Assembly: GCA_021613535.1 (NCBI GenBank)
Contig: CP075492.1
Location: forward strand, 3,596,001 to 3,660,000
Direction of reading: 5' to 3'
DNA: 64,000 nt
From: Adineta vaga
Taxonomy: Eukaryota; Animalia; Rotifera
Made by a program: the position numbers and the translations under genes. The notes below the pieces were generated by a model. The model saw nothing but the letters and a program-made list of their open reading frames with translations. It was not told the DNA's origin and made no database searches. Shown piece by piece: positions 15,286-28,582 of the stretch; the first letter of the stretch is position 1; every line of letters begins with the position of its first letter.

Positions 15286-17452
15286 TCATTTCATTGATTT
15301 TTTATCAAATCGAACGATTCGATTATTTCCACGATCTGAAACATAAAGATTTCCTTCAAAATCAAATGATAAACCAACGGAACTATTCAATTGATTTAAT
15401 TCACTTCCTCCTCTGTTTCCACCAACAACAATCTCTCCTTCTTCATCTCCTTCACACCATCGCATTATTCGATTATTCCCACAATCTGCCACATAGATTT
15501 GATTCCATTCATCAACAAACAATCCTTCAGGTTGATTCAGTTGATTGAGATTGTTTCCTTCACCATTTCCTCCAGCCGCAACAATTCCTTCCTTCGCATC
15601 TTTTTTCCATTTCATCACACGATGATTTAAACAATCTGAAACATAAAGAGATTGATCTTTACCAACAAAGATGAAAGTAGGAGAGTTGAGTTGATTTCTT
15701 TGATTTCCCTTTCCATTTCCACCTGCCACTAATGTTCCTTCTTTGTTTTCATTAATCTTTTCTAACTTCCATTTTCTCACCTCATTCTTCTCATCGTCAG
15801 AAACATAAATAAATCCATGTTGACCCATTTTTAAACCAGAACAACGAATATTTTGAATGAGAATTTGTTGTTGTTGATCTCTTGACCATTGCATCACTCG
15901 TCTGTTCCACCGATCAGCAATTATGAGTGAATGATTTCGTTGATCAACAATCACATCTATTGGTCTATTCAATTGATCTATTCGATTTCCTTGTTCATTT
16001 CCACCTGCAATGATTTGTCCTTGTTTTCCATCACATTTCCATTTAACAATACGATGGTTCCCCAAATCAGCAATGAAAATGGTTTTGTTTTCATCAACAA
16101 GGATTCCGTAAGGATTGGAAAGGTGATTTAATTGATTTCGACTTCCATTTTCTCCCACAACAATTGTTCCATTTTGTTGAAATTTCGTTTCTAAACAAAG
16201 AAAATGAAAAGTTTATTTTTTCGTGTTTTAATCAAATGAAAATTCGAGAAAAAGAAGTTTGATTTGAATTAAATCATTTCGAATTTCTGGAAATTTCAGA
16301 TTAAAAATTGAACTTTGAAGAAAAGAAAAGATTTGAAATTGATGAAAAAACCAATGATCTACTTTTTGATTTGCTCTGTGATTTCATTGAAAACTAAATT
16401 ATGAAGAAAAAGAAAAAAAAGAAAATCTTTTGAATCGATTATTTTAATTTTAATTCTATATATTAACATATCTATTTTCTCTCTTTTACTTAATTTTTCA
16501 TTATCCTATAAATGTTTAATTGAACCACAGACCAAGAATAAAATGTTTATAAGGGTGAATATGGTAAAATAAAATAAAATAAAGAAGAAAAGACATTGAA
16601 TTATCGAAGAAACGAAATTGTGAAAAGAATTAAAGATTTATCACAATTCGAAGGATAAAGACAAATATCAAAAGATTAGTAAACTAAAAAGATTAAATTA
16701 ATCTAACTTATTTACAGACGATGTTTTTCATTTATTTTTCCACTTTGAACATGAAATATCAAAGTTTTTCTTAATCATTCGACTGAAGAACATAAAAATA
16801 CATTGAATTTCATGTTATAATAGTTTCACTTGTCTTTTCGTTTTTAATTAGAAAATAAAGATCTTTTTTGGGCATGAGTTTAAAATCAGTTTTTCATTTG
16901 AATAAGATAAGAATTCAAAACTTTCAGCTTACCCTTTCTTGAAATAACTGAAATTTCATTAAGAAATCCTTGACGATGTTCTTGGATTGAAATATTTGAT
17001 GGATTAGTCAGTTCTTCAGTCATTTTAATTAATTTTCTTCTTAAATCATTCAAATCAATTTCATTAAATTCATTTTCTTGTTGAATTTCTTTGATTTGTT
17101 CACTTAATTTACTTAGTTTTTGTTCGATGTCTTTAAACGATGTTTTGGAATGTTCAATAACATTTTGTCGACATTTTTCAGCTGTTTGTTGAATAATTTG
17201 AATGGAATTTGTTTCCCATTGATCAATTTGTTTGATCAATGAATGATTTATTGGATTTTGTTTTTGATCGTTCATCATATGTCTAAATTGATCATAATCA
17301 TTGATAATCGAATGGAATTCCTCATTTAATACTTGATAATGTTCACTCCAGTCGGTTTGACAAAATTCCTTTAAACAACCTTGACATTGAGTTATAATTT
17401 TTTTATATTTTTTACATGTGAAACATTGTTTTGTATTATTTGCCATAGCCAT
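15286..17452 (-). CDS. B-box-like Zn finger + coiled coil + NHL propeller (RING-less TRIM-NHL-like), copy B; exons 17452-16933 and 16190-15286
   Basis: CFTC..CQGC..FC..H motif and heptad-rich helix; phase-1 donor AGA AAG G|gtaag and acceptor tttag|AA ACG AAA TTT give a continuous frame into the NHL repeats. Confidence 0.88.
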
Positions 17453-20184
17453 TTGCAAGAAAGAGAAGTTTTAAAACTGAAAATGAAAAGATTCATGTTG
17501 ATGGAGATAAGAATAAAATGCGTCAAAGTCAATAATAATAATAAGATATAAAATATGTTGGCAAATTAATATGGATGTGTCGTATTTTTATATTATCTGA
17601 TTATCTTCCTTTTTATCGTAAAAACACATATTTATTGTTGAAAAATCATCTGAAACGAAAGAATGTATATTCGATCATTTTCGACATATGAATATAGCGA
17701 TTGGGGACAAGCTCGTGAAAAATCTCTTTGAATCATAAGGGTTGGTGTGGGTGTGTAGGATAAGGTAATATACCCATACCCAGACCCAAATTTCAACGAA
17801 GGATCAATTTCTTCAAGATAGTCATGTATTGCTCTAATACTATACCATGAGAATCTGCAATAAGTTCACGATCACACAAGAACTATTCGTTTATATTTTT
17901 CAAATGCTTTCTTTTTTATATCATTTCACACTTTCTTCATATTCATGCTTTGGCTGAATGATATTATCAAGTAAATTATAACAAACAGTTGTATTTTCTT
18001 AATCATAACGATAACCTGATACGATTTAGTAATCTATCCACGGAAAGATGATCGTATATCTCTGCTAAATCTACTCGACCCATTATTCTTACATTGTATG
18101 ATTTAATGTAATCAATGAATTATCATCACCAAGATTTGCTATTCAACAAAGTAATAATGATACATTTGATATTTTCATTTTTCAACAAGACGAAATTCAC
18201 GTAACTAAAAAATACTTCTCGTTCTTTCTCGGGAAAATTAACTTTTTGAACTTATATTTACAAATGGTATAGTTTCATGAAGTTTTGTAGGATCTCATCA
18301 AAGACAAATTCTCTTAGATTTCGATTGATAATTGTTGATAGACAAGATTTTATCAGAACTTTATTTTCATCTTCATCAAAATCGATAGTAGAATCGTCAT
18401 ACAGAAATTATAACATGAAATATTTCATTGATAAATATTAAACGTAACTTATATGATTTACTTGAATGAAACTTTTGATCTATATTCTTCATCTAAATGT
18501 TGATTATAACAATAAATATAAACTGATTTGATACTTTTAATATCATAAATATTTCCAATCAATTCCCAGTGATAATATTTGATTGTTTTTAAATAGATCA
18601 TTCAACTGTTTGATTTTCTATCTTTGTAAATATGTTTGTATCGATCCCATAGAATTGCATCAACAGATAAATAATCTTTCGCTTCCTCTTTCGAGCTTTG
18701 CAACATCAATCATATCACTTAAAAAAAATAAATTCGTTATTTATTTATATTTGTCTAAACAAAATCTGTTTTTATTTGTATCACATTTTATGCACATAAA
18801 CGGCATGGAACTTGGAAGAGAAATAATCTTAAATAAAAGAACGAAATTATCCACACTCAAAGCAACAATTTGTGAAAGAAAAAACGTCAATAGATTATGA
18901 ATATTTCACGTTTTTATTCTTATTCGAAAGCAAATTCTTTTTGTTACTTCAAACTGAAGTTATTTCACGACATTAGGTATGAATATGAATATTTGATTTT
19001 CTGACCATCGAATCAATTGATGATGTTTAGTACCTATTGGACGGACTCGACGAATATTTCTTAATGATAGGAAGAAATCTAATCTGTAATTATCATAAAT
19101 GAACATTCAGTGAATTATAAATAAATATCGATCATTAAAAACAAAAAAAAATCATCATTTACTTTATATTTAAAAAGGAATTAAAAACTATTTAACTATA
19201 AATTCCAAAGTGTTGAAAATATTGTCATTGATGCACGAAGTTTTGTTTTTATTCTTTATGATTTATACAATTTGAATGAAAGAATGATCGTATAATTATT
19301 ATTAAGATTAAATATGAAAGAAAGAAATGAAATATAACAATGATGAATATAATTCAAATGTTAAGTGATATTTCAATTACAATTTAGTTATAACATTTTA
19401 ATAAATTTAAAGTAGAAATCATTGTTTATTTGTAGATCAGTGGAATATATTTATTTTATGATCGTTCGAATAAACAATTCATTTTTCAAGAATCTTGTCA
19501 ATAGAATAAATCATTAAAATGAAAAGCACATCGTTTATTCTCGCACTATTATTTCAAGTATTTGCACGATGTTTTTTTTCAAAAACAGTACTTCTCAAAG
19601 TTTTACCTTCTATACTTATAATGAAGTAATGCGATAAGTTGTATCACAACAGATAGTAATTTAGTTAAATTGTTCATTGATGAAAATTGAAATATCGATT
19701 ATTTTATTGAGAGAAAGATTTTGTTTACATAAATGTAATTAGTATAATTTCATAAAAGTGATACTAAACTTCAACAGTTGTTTGTCAGTTAGAATCTGCT
19801 CTTCATTTACTTCAAAACGCTACACTCATTCCATGATTTAAAAAAATATTTGGTCATATACTTCGTGAGATGATAGAAAAAACAATTGTTCTATTAGTCG
19901 ATGTTTTCATTGTCAATATCTCGTATTTTACTGTTCATCCATTTTATAAACGACAATTATTATAATGATTCACTTCTGAAGAATATCGTATCAATATATA
20001 AAGAGAAAATGAAATACAAAGTTTCAATCAGCAAAGTAAATAAATATGCTTTAGAATTCTACGAAAAAAATGACTGGTAAAGGGTTAGATGATTCACATG
20101 CCGTTACATATAATTATGATTCAATAACCTATGTCAATTTGTGATTGAACGACGAACGTAAAGTTATCTAATAGGGGAAATATT

Positions 20185-22133
20185 TATTTTTTTTATTTTA
20201 TTGTGCAAGTAACATGTTGACCAATTGGTCCTTGCAGTACCAGGTTATGAGCTGTCAAGGATAGAGAGAAAAAGAAAAAAATATATATATATATGAATAC
20301 AAGATAGCGAGCGAGACTAATTGCAGAGAAGAGAAGAGACAGCGGCCATAGATGAGATCAACAATAAGGACACACAGAAGAAGAAATTTTTAACAAAGAT
20401 AGCAAGACTAAAGAATGAATCAATAACGATTAGACATATGAAGCAGGAAGAACCAGGAGAATAATAATTATCATAACGAGATTGACAAAGAAGAAATTAT
20501 GGGAAAGAGCAAAGAGCAGAATAGATGAATAGCTATATAGCAGGTGAAAAGACAGTTTAGAATGTTTCGGGAAAAGCACCAAGGATACTAACATCGTGAA
20601 TGTCATAATCTATGATCGATTCGTTTTGGGGTATACTAGAACACCATGCTACGCACTTTTCTATCAATGTGGTGTGACTGTGAAATCGTTTGGTTCTGTG
20701 AACTCCCTTAACCGGGAGTTTTCTATCAAGCCACAGTTCACGAAATAGGTTCAGATTAGCTTGTTCTCGAGTCGACCATCTGTTGTGTCTGCTAGAGCTA
20801 TGAGAAACTTATCCCAGTAAGCTTTAGCACGATCCTCGAGCGATTTTTCGTTTAGGGCAAAAGCGATGAGCTCGTTGCTGAAATGCATGCAGCGAAAAAC
20901 TCTCCTGAGGCAGACAAAGTAGAAATGATTCAGATCGTGCTGCTGTTTTTCGGTGAACAATGGGTAGATCGGGAGTAGCCAGACAAAAAGAGGGTACACA
21001 TATGAAAAGAAGAGAATGCGACGCAGAGAAGGTGAAGTGCGGTTATACATTCGAAATGAATTAATTAATGCAACTCTCTGCCTAATCTTAAGTGTGTATT
21101 TTTCTAATAAAAGACCGAAACCAATTTTGGGTGTGACGTAATAACCGAGATATTTAAATTGCTTAGTCCATTCAATGGGATGCTCACCGCAATTGAGGTT
21201 GAACTTTGGATTACCAATAGCTCTAGCGGAGAATATTGCTTGGGTTTTGTTGTAATTCAAGGGTTGAACAGTCAGTACAGAGTAGAACTCTAGTTCATCA
21301 AAAAAGATTTGAAGTTTCTTTTCAAGATTCAGACATTGGTTAGAATATTTCATTCCAATTGAACCACCTAGGATGGCCGCAAGGTCGTCTGCGAACATGA
21401 AGCTTAAGCAAGAATTTAAATGTTCACTCATATCAGAGTGGTAGCAGATAAAGAGAGTCGGGGTGAAGCAAGACCCTTGAGGTCCACCCCTAAAGATGTC
21501 AAACCATCTTGAGCGTTTACCATTAATTTCGATGAAAGCGCGTCTATTTCTTAACCACGTGTTAATCCATTAACGATAATTTTGAGAGATACCTAGCATT
21601 TTTAGTTTGCCCAGGCATCCGTCGTACCAGAGCGCATCGAAGGCGCTTTTGAAATCGACGAAAACGGAGGCGACTGGACAACCATTTGACATTAAACTAA
21701 GAACTTGATCGAAAAAAAGTAAAACTCTAGTTTGAAGACGAAATTGTGAACGAAAACCTGATTGGGAATCAGGAAGAAGACCTCTTCTCGAAAGAATAAC
21801 ATTAAATCTCGTCAGAAAAATCTTTTCATTAACTTTAAGGAAACAGTCTATTAGAGAAATTGGGCGCGTCATGTCTGGACTGCAGATATGGTCTTTCTTT
21901 GAAAGTAAAAGAACACGTGAGTCTTTCCATTTAGCAGGAAATACGCTGTTTGTGAAAGAATTGTTAAAAATTTTTTGTAATAACGACCAATACATTGATG
22001 GAAGAAACTTAAACATATGGTTAGAAAGACCATTTGGATCAAGCGATTTCTTTTTCTTACGAGAAAAGGCAACTTCTAGTACTTCATTGAGTTTGCACAT
22101 AGGAATGAGTTCATTTTCATTGTCCCAATCAGA
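20185..22133 (-). mobile_element. 5'-truncated non-LTR retrotransposon (Jockey/I-group-like RT) with 3' UTR, AATAAA/A-rich tail and 16-bp target site duplication
   Basis: TSD TAATAGGGGAAATATT at 20169-20184 and 22134-22149; A-rich tail at about 20185-20203 on the minus strand; RT motifs RPISL, QSGFR, FVDFKSAFD, GGPQGS, FADD, FKYLG. Confidence 0.92.
20557..22133 (-). pseudogene. Disabled reverse transcriptase ORF of the retrotransposon
   Basis: An in-frame TAA at 21570-21572 separates the two ORF-track pieces, with 46 in-frame codons WINTWLRNRR...GGPQGS...YHSD between them; apparent frameshift near 20770, after which EQANLNLFRELWL...FPETF* continues to 20557. Confidence 0.85.
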
Positions 22134-22843
22134 TAATAGGGGAAATATTATAATCATATATATCAGATTTTTTTCTTTTTTAATTCTAAAAATCTTGAAA
22201 AAGAACAGAAAAGGATATTCGAATTATTTTCAATTTATCAATGTGAATCAAAATGATAATAAATATCAAAGAAGAAAAAAAATTCATCGATCAAATGCCA
22301 AGATTTTTACACAACAGAGTTTTAAAAAAAAGATCTTTATTGGGATAAAATCATTGAAATACATGGAAGTGTTGAAATCGGTCAATGAATGTAAGGATTA
22401 CGGCATAAAAGATACACTCTCAAGCTGAACTTGGACTCAAAAACTTGAGAATGTTCATTCAACTGGTGATTCGAGTTATTCGAAACAATAATTACGGAAC
22501 ATGTCTTTTATTCCCTTAAAAATGGCCAAGATTGTAGAATTTAATTTTCACTTGTGCACAAACCTCGTCGTAATTGAATATTTATAATTGAAAGAGATTT
22601 TTCAAGAGGCTATCCTTTATCGTTATATTTACATCATGAAAATGATCAAATATACATTCTTTTCTTTCATATGATTTTTCAATAGTAAATAATATGTTTT
22701 CATGATAAAAAGAAAGAGAATCAAATAATATTAAAATATGACTCGACCATCTTTATTTTCCAACATATTTTATATCTTATCATTGTTGACTTTCAAGCAT
22801 TTAATCTTCTCATTTTCAGTTTTATAACGTCTCTTTCTTACGA

Positions 22844-24562
22844 ATGGCTATGGCAAACAACACAACACAATGTTTCAAATGTCTGAAATATAAAAAAATT
22901 ACAACTCTTTGTAAAGGTTGTTCAAAAGAATTTTGTCAAACAGATTTCAATGAACATCGACAATCATTAAATGAAGAATTACATTCGATTATCAATGATT
23001 ATGATCAATTTAGACATACGATAAACGATCAAAAACAAAATCCAATAAATCATTCATTGATCAAACAAATTGATCAATGGCAAATGAATTCCATTCAAAT
23101 TATTCGACAAACAGCCGGAAAATGTCGACAAAATGTTTTAGAAAACTACAAAACATCTTTTAAAGACATCGAACAAAAGTTAAGTAAATTAAGTGAACAA
23201 ATCAAAGAAATTCAACAAGAAAATGAATTTAATGAAATTGATTTGAACGATTTAAAAGGAAAATTAAATCAAATGACTGAAGAACTGACTAATCCATCAA
23301 ATATTTCAATCCGAGAACATAATCAAGGATTTATTAAGGAAATTTCGATTGTTTCAAGTAAGAGAAAGTTGAAAGTTTTAAATTCTTATCTTTTTCAAAT
23401 GAAAAACTGATTTTAAACTGATGTCTAAAAAAGATCTTTATTTTCTAATTAAAAACGAAAAGACAAGTGAAACTATTATAACATGAAATTCAATGTATTT
23501 TTATGTTCTTCAGTCGCATGATTAGGGGAATCTTCGATACTCCGTATTTAAAGTGGAAAAATAAGTGAGAAAGATGAAAAAAAGATTTTCTATTTTCATT
23601 GATTTATTTCTTTATTCAAACATTCACAAAAATCAAAGGTTTCCTCTTTACTTTGTCTAGAAACAAAATTTCAACAAAAAGGAAAAATTGTTGCGGGAGG
23701 AAATGGAAATGGAAATCAATTAAATCAACTCTATCGTCCTCAAGGAATCTTTGTTAATGAAAACAAAACCATTTTCATTGCTGATTATTCGAATGATCGT
23801 ATTGTTGAATGGAAATGTGATGGAAAACAAGGACAAATCATTGCAGGTGGAAATGGACATGGAGAGAGAATAGATCAATTGAATTATCCATTAAATGTGA
23901 TTGTTGATCAACAAAATCATTCAATCATCATTGCTGATGGAGAGAACAGACGAGTGATGCAATGGTCACGAGATCAACAACAACAAATTCTCATTCAAAA
24001 TATTTATTGTTTTGGTTTAACAATGGATCAACATGGATTTATTTATGTTTCTGATGATTGTGAGAAGAATGAAGTGAGAAAATGGAAGTTAGAAAAAATT
24101 AATGAAAACAAAGAAGGAATATTAGTGGCAGGTGGAAATGGAAAAGGAAATCAACGAAATCAACTCAACTCTCCTACTTTCATCTTTGTTGGTAAAGATC
24201 AATCTCTTTATGTTTCAGATTGTTTAAATCATCGTGTGATGAAATGGAGAAAAGACGCGAAGGAAGGAATTGTTGTGGCTGGAGGAAATGGTGAAGGAAA
24301 CAGTCTCAATCAATTGAATTGTCCTCAAGGATTGTTTGTTGATGAATGGAATCAAATCTATGTGGCAGATTTGAGGAATAATCGAATAATGCGATGGTGT
24401 GAAGGAGATGAAGAAGGGGAGATTGTTGTTGGTGGAAATGGTGAAGGAAGTGAATCAAATCAACTGAATGGTCCCTTTGGTTTATCACTTGATTTTGAAG
24501 GAAATCTTTATGTTTCTGATTGTTGGAATCATCGAATCATTCGATTTGATAAAATTTATTGA
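22844..24562 (+). CDS. B-box-like + coiled coil + NHL, copy C; exons 22844-23357 and 23661-24562
   Basis: CFKC..CKGC..FC..H; phase-1 donor TCA A|gtaag at 23358; acceptor tctag|AA ACA AAA TTT; open frame to the stop. Confidence 0.88.
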
Positions 24563-24849
24563 AATGAACTCTCGATGAAAAACGAAAAGATCTAAGAAGA
24601 AACGAGACTTCTCTTGATTTGATTTTGAAAAAGAAAAGTTTTTTTTTAAATTTAAACGAAATTCAATCGAATGAAATTGTTTAAAAATCTGAATAAGCTA
24701 AGGCATTATCTCATTTAGCATTTGAAATAGATCACAACCACTAAATGTCGTTAATAATGGCCTTCTTCTTTCATGCCCGTCCAAAAGAATATTCGAAAGA
24801 GATAGAAATTTAATCTCGATTATCCTAAATTCTATAAAACTCTTTGATT

Positions 24850-26917
24850 CTCGAAGTAAAAGAACAAACAAAGGTAAATTTTATTCTTCAAATAACCATA
24901 AACTAAATGTTTTAGATTGAATTGAATCTGTTTGGTATCATAAATAAAAATTAATCGAAAATGATTTATTTTAAGTTCCATCAAAAGATGAATATCATTA
25001 TTTATTAAATCGTTTTAAAACAAATTGGAAAGACAATCATTACTTTTAAAAGAAATTCTTCAAAAAATTCAGGATATTGATATTATATATGGTTTAGAAT
25101 TGTTAAAAGTATTATTCAAGTAATTTTATATCAATAATATTTCTTTTGTATTAATTCGTGTTGGTTTACATAAATGAATTTGAACTTTCTTCGATAATTT
25201 ATAAAAGATTATGAACAAGTTTATTGATCAAAACAATGACAGATCAAATTATTAATTTTATTTCGAATTATGTGGAGAAATTTGAAGAATTAAATGTTAG
25301 TTTATATCAAATATGCACAACACTGTTTAAAGAAATCATTTTTTTTTCAACATTATTGGATTTTGATGACTTTTTCTTGTTCTCTTAATACGATTAAATA
25401 ATCAGATAAACATATGAAAATAATTAATAAAATTTTAAAGTAAATTCAATTCGTGCGATTAGTATGGATATTTTATTTGTTTGTTTTAACTTTATTTGTT
25501 GGAAGTTGCTTGATGATTATAAAGTTTTACTCACAGCGAATATCTTTTATTATTTCTTGATAATTTAAGATATTGAATTAAGATTAATTTGACTTATGTG
25601 ATTAAAAAATGAAGTGAAAATCGAATTATATCGAAAAGAATCAATGAATTTATATTAACAAAATGAAATTCTATACGAAGTTTTAATATGAAGAAAGTTT
25701 CGTTAACTTGAAGTTCTATTCAATCATTTATGATTTAATTGGAATTACCCGTGCGACAGGTTCATGTAAGGTCTTCACGTTTAGCAGCGATTCTTGATAA
25801 AATGTGTTTAGCTAAAGATACAAATCAAATTGCTTAGAACTTTTCTAGAACAATTCATGAGAATATTCTATTTTGTCAATTATTTGCAGATTTACAAATA
25901 TTTATTGCGGATGATTTGAGAATGAGCGATGGAAAAGATGTAACTTTTAGTGAAGGATAAGAAGCACGTTCATCTCTCGCACACGCTTTATAGAAAACAA
26001 CGTGAAGTTCATTATGTTTATGTTTATTTATGTTTCGTCATTGGTAGTTGATTAAATATTTCTTTCATTTAATCTGTTACGTAGATAATCTGTATTATTA
26101 CATAATAATATCTTTAAAGATGTTTCATATATTTAATTGAACTTTTTTAATGAACCGTTCGACAATCGATAGAAACGGAAAATTTGACGACAAGTGATGA
26201 ATCTTTATATATACTTGAAGATAAGAATACTTACTGAGAAAGAATCAGTTCAAAAAGAAATTAATTTCAAAATTATACGACGAAATAAAATCGTTGACTT
26301 CGAAAGAAGTGGTGATGAAATAATTGAGAAAGAAGGTTTTTGAATTCTTTGTTTTAAGAAGTGGTGTTTATTTTTTTTTCATATGGGATGAAATCATTAT
26401 TATCTTTTCTGATTATACAATTTACAATATAATGAAAACTTAAAAAAGAAATTTTTAAAATTGTTTCTATTGAACATCGAATGAAAGAAATGTTATATAA
26501 ATTAAATAAAAACATCATCTTAGGCAATTTTTAATAAAATATTATGAGAAAATCGAAGATCATTATTGGTGGGATTTATGAGTTTCTTGTACAGAAACAA
26601 TGAATATTATGGAAAGATTTTATTGGAGATGAGAAGAAATTCGAACTGTTTTTAATGTTCAATGTTTAAATGGTAAATCCAATTCCGTTCTCATTCGTAT
26701 TTTCAAGAAATGAAAATGAAATTCTTCTTCTTCCTTGGAACGTTTTTAAAATTGTTAGTAAATGGAAAGCATCAAAACGTTTATTTATTATTCATTTGAA
26801 AGAACAAACTCCTCCTTATGTAACACTTGCTTCGCCTTTTGATGATAATTTAACCAATTATTGAGAAATTAACAATTTCAAATGAAAAGAAAACTACATC
26901 ATCAATTCAATCAATGA
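24850..26917 (+). pseudogene. Decayed gene ending in an arginine-type (R-S-E) ADP-ribosyltransferase domain; probable 5' part of an ART-NHL gene; start boundary approximate
   Basis: Frameshifted remnants at 26560-26860: YWWG(F).SCTET...RTVFNVQCLNGKS...SHSYFQ..ENEILLLP...KIVSKW...LFIIHLKEQTPPY; ends at a phase-1 donor ATG A|gtaag (26918). Confidence 0.65.
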
Positions 26918-27481
26918 GTAAGTTTAATTTATTAGATTTTATTCATACGCGCACACAAAGAGGAAGTGTGGGCACCTTAACACCTGAAAAATCCGATACG
27001 TGCTGGCTTCGCACTTCCCTCCTTGCTGAGACATCAAATTAAATACAATGTTTTTGACTTTCGAGAATCATTTTTCAACAAAATATGTTTGACGCTAAAA
27101 AAAATGAGAATAAAAGGAAATTTCTGATCAATAAAAGAGACAAGTAACGTTCGTCATTTCGACTCACTTGACCCTCGACGGACAGAAACAGAAATCTTTT
27201 TTCTCTTCGCAATTTCTCTCCGAAGTTAAGGACGTAAATGCTTACGTGCCTGACGATGAAGTTCAGTTCTAAATACACCCACAAGATCGCAATATGAGAG
27301 TTGAAGAAAAGAAGATTTGATATTCGCATTCATTTTAATTTCTCAATATCAATCAATGAGTAAGTTTATTTATTAGATTTTATTCATACGCAGACACAAA
27401 GGGGAAGTGTGAGCACCTTAACACCTGAAAAATTCAATAGGTGCTGGCTTCGCACTTTCCTCCTCGCTCAGACATCAAATT
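26908..27481. repeat. About 133-bp direct repeat (26908-27040 and 27350-27481) containing a splice donor and an imperfect GC-rich hairpin
   Basis: caatcaatgagtaagttt...ttagattttattcatacgc...ggaagtgtg.gcaccttaacacctgaaaa...gtgctggcttcgcactt...gacatcaaat occurs twice, 442 bp apart. Confidence 0.85.
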
Positions 27482-28582
27482 TTTTTTTTAATAAAAAATA
27501 ATTCATTAATATCGAATAGTTTCGAGAACTTTTTCAGTATTCTCTTTTGATCAATAATTACCTTTTTTTCTATTAGAAATAGATTGAGAAAAGAAGATAT
27601 ATCTACATATGTTATCTTGATTTTAACATTACTTCAAAGGTAGAAAAACTCACAACGTATCTAATGAGACGAAAGAAAGAAAATAAAGGCGGATTTATGC
27701 AGAACAAACGAGAATCATATAATTGATAAAGAATTTGAAGAAGAAGAAGATCGATATGTAAATGACAAAATGTAAAAAAGAAATGAATATTTTTAGAAAC
27801 TTTAACAATCATTTCTCTCGATATTATAAATAAGAGAATAATAAAATCAATTAAATTACATAGACAAATATTAAATCGAGATTGAAATAAAAAAAAGAAA
27901 TCTTCGAGATGTAATAAAATAGTTAGAAAATCATGCAAAAGATTTACTCATTTTTATTATTCTCTACAAATAATTTTGATTTCAAACAAAACATTATCTT
28001 TATGAAAATATCGAATTAAACAAAAGATATTTTCAGCAAAATCTAAAGTATCATTTAGTTACATGAAACATAAGAGATGTTCTGTACATTTATCATTATA
28101 AATACTAAGATTTACTTATGTCAATATCTATTGAATCATTTTTAGGAGAAAAACATTGAATTTATAAAAGAGATTTTTAAATCAAATATAAAATATCAAA
28201 GATTTTTGTTTTTATTGTTTATTTACAAACAGTAAAAAGAGTATTTTCGACATTTAAGAATTAAATCATAATTCAATACAATGAGAAAAAAACGGCACTT
28301 TTTTTCAACTACACAGATATTCTTAACTTCATCAAACTAAGAAATATTTATTTTAATAATAAAGTATCACGTTAAATATTATTCAGAATTGTTTTATGAA
28401 AAGATCATTTTGTTTTGTATACAATGTTATTATTTCAGATAAAAACAATGTTTATTTAAGAGAAAAAATTATGAAAATCACTTCTTAATGAGTATTTTCA
28501 TGAAATGGCGACCTTTCTTCTTTCGAATTCTAATCATAGCCATATCAAAGAGATTTTAAATTGAAAATTTTCCTCTTTCTAG

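Noticed and set aside
17800-20100. Possible decayed genes in AT-rich spacers (also 30000-32000, 37500-38500, 50600-52450)
   Set aside because: Only faint F-box/LRR-like or other coding-like remnants; too degenerate to call
20557-22133. RT beside hypervariable NHL genes as a diversity-generating retroelement
   Set aside because: The RT is non-LTR type with TSD and A-tail and is disabled; no template repeat is visible, and the variable codons are not evidently adenine-restricted
21871-22428. 185-aa plus-strand ORF
   Set aside because: Antisense to the RT and runs across the TSD into low-complexity DNA
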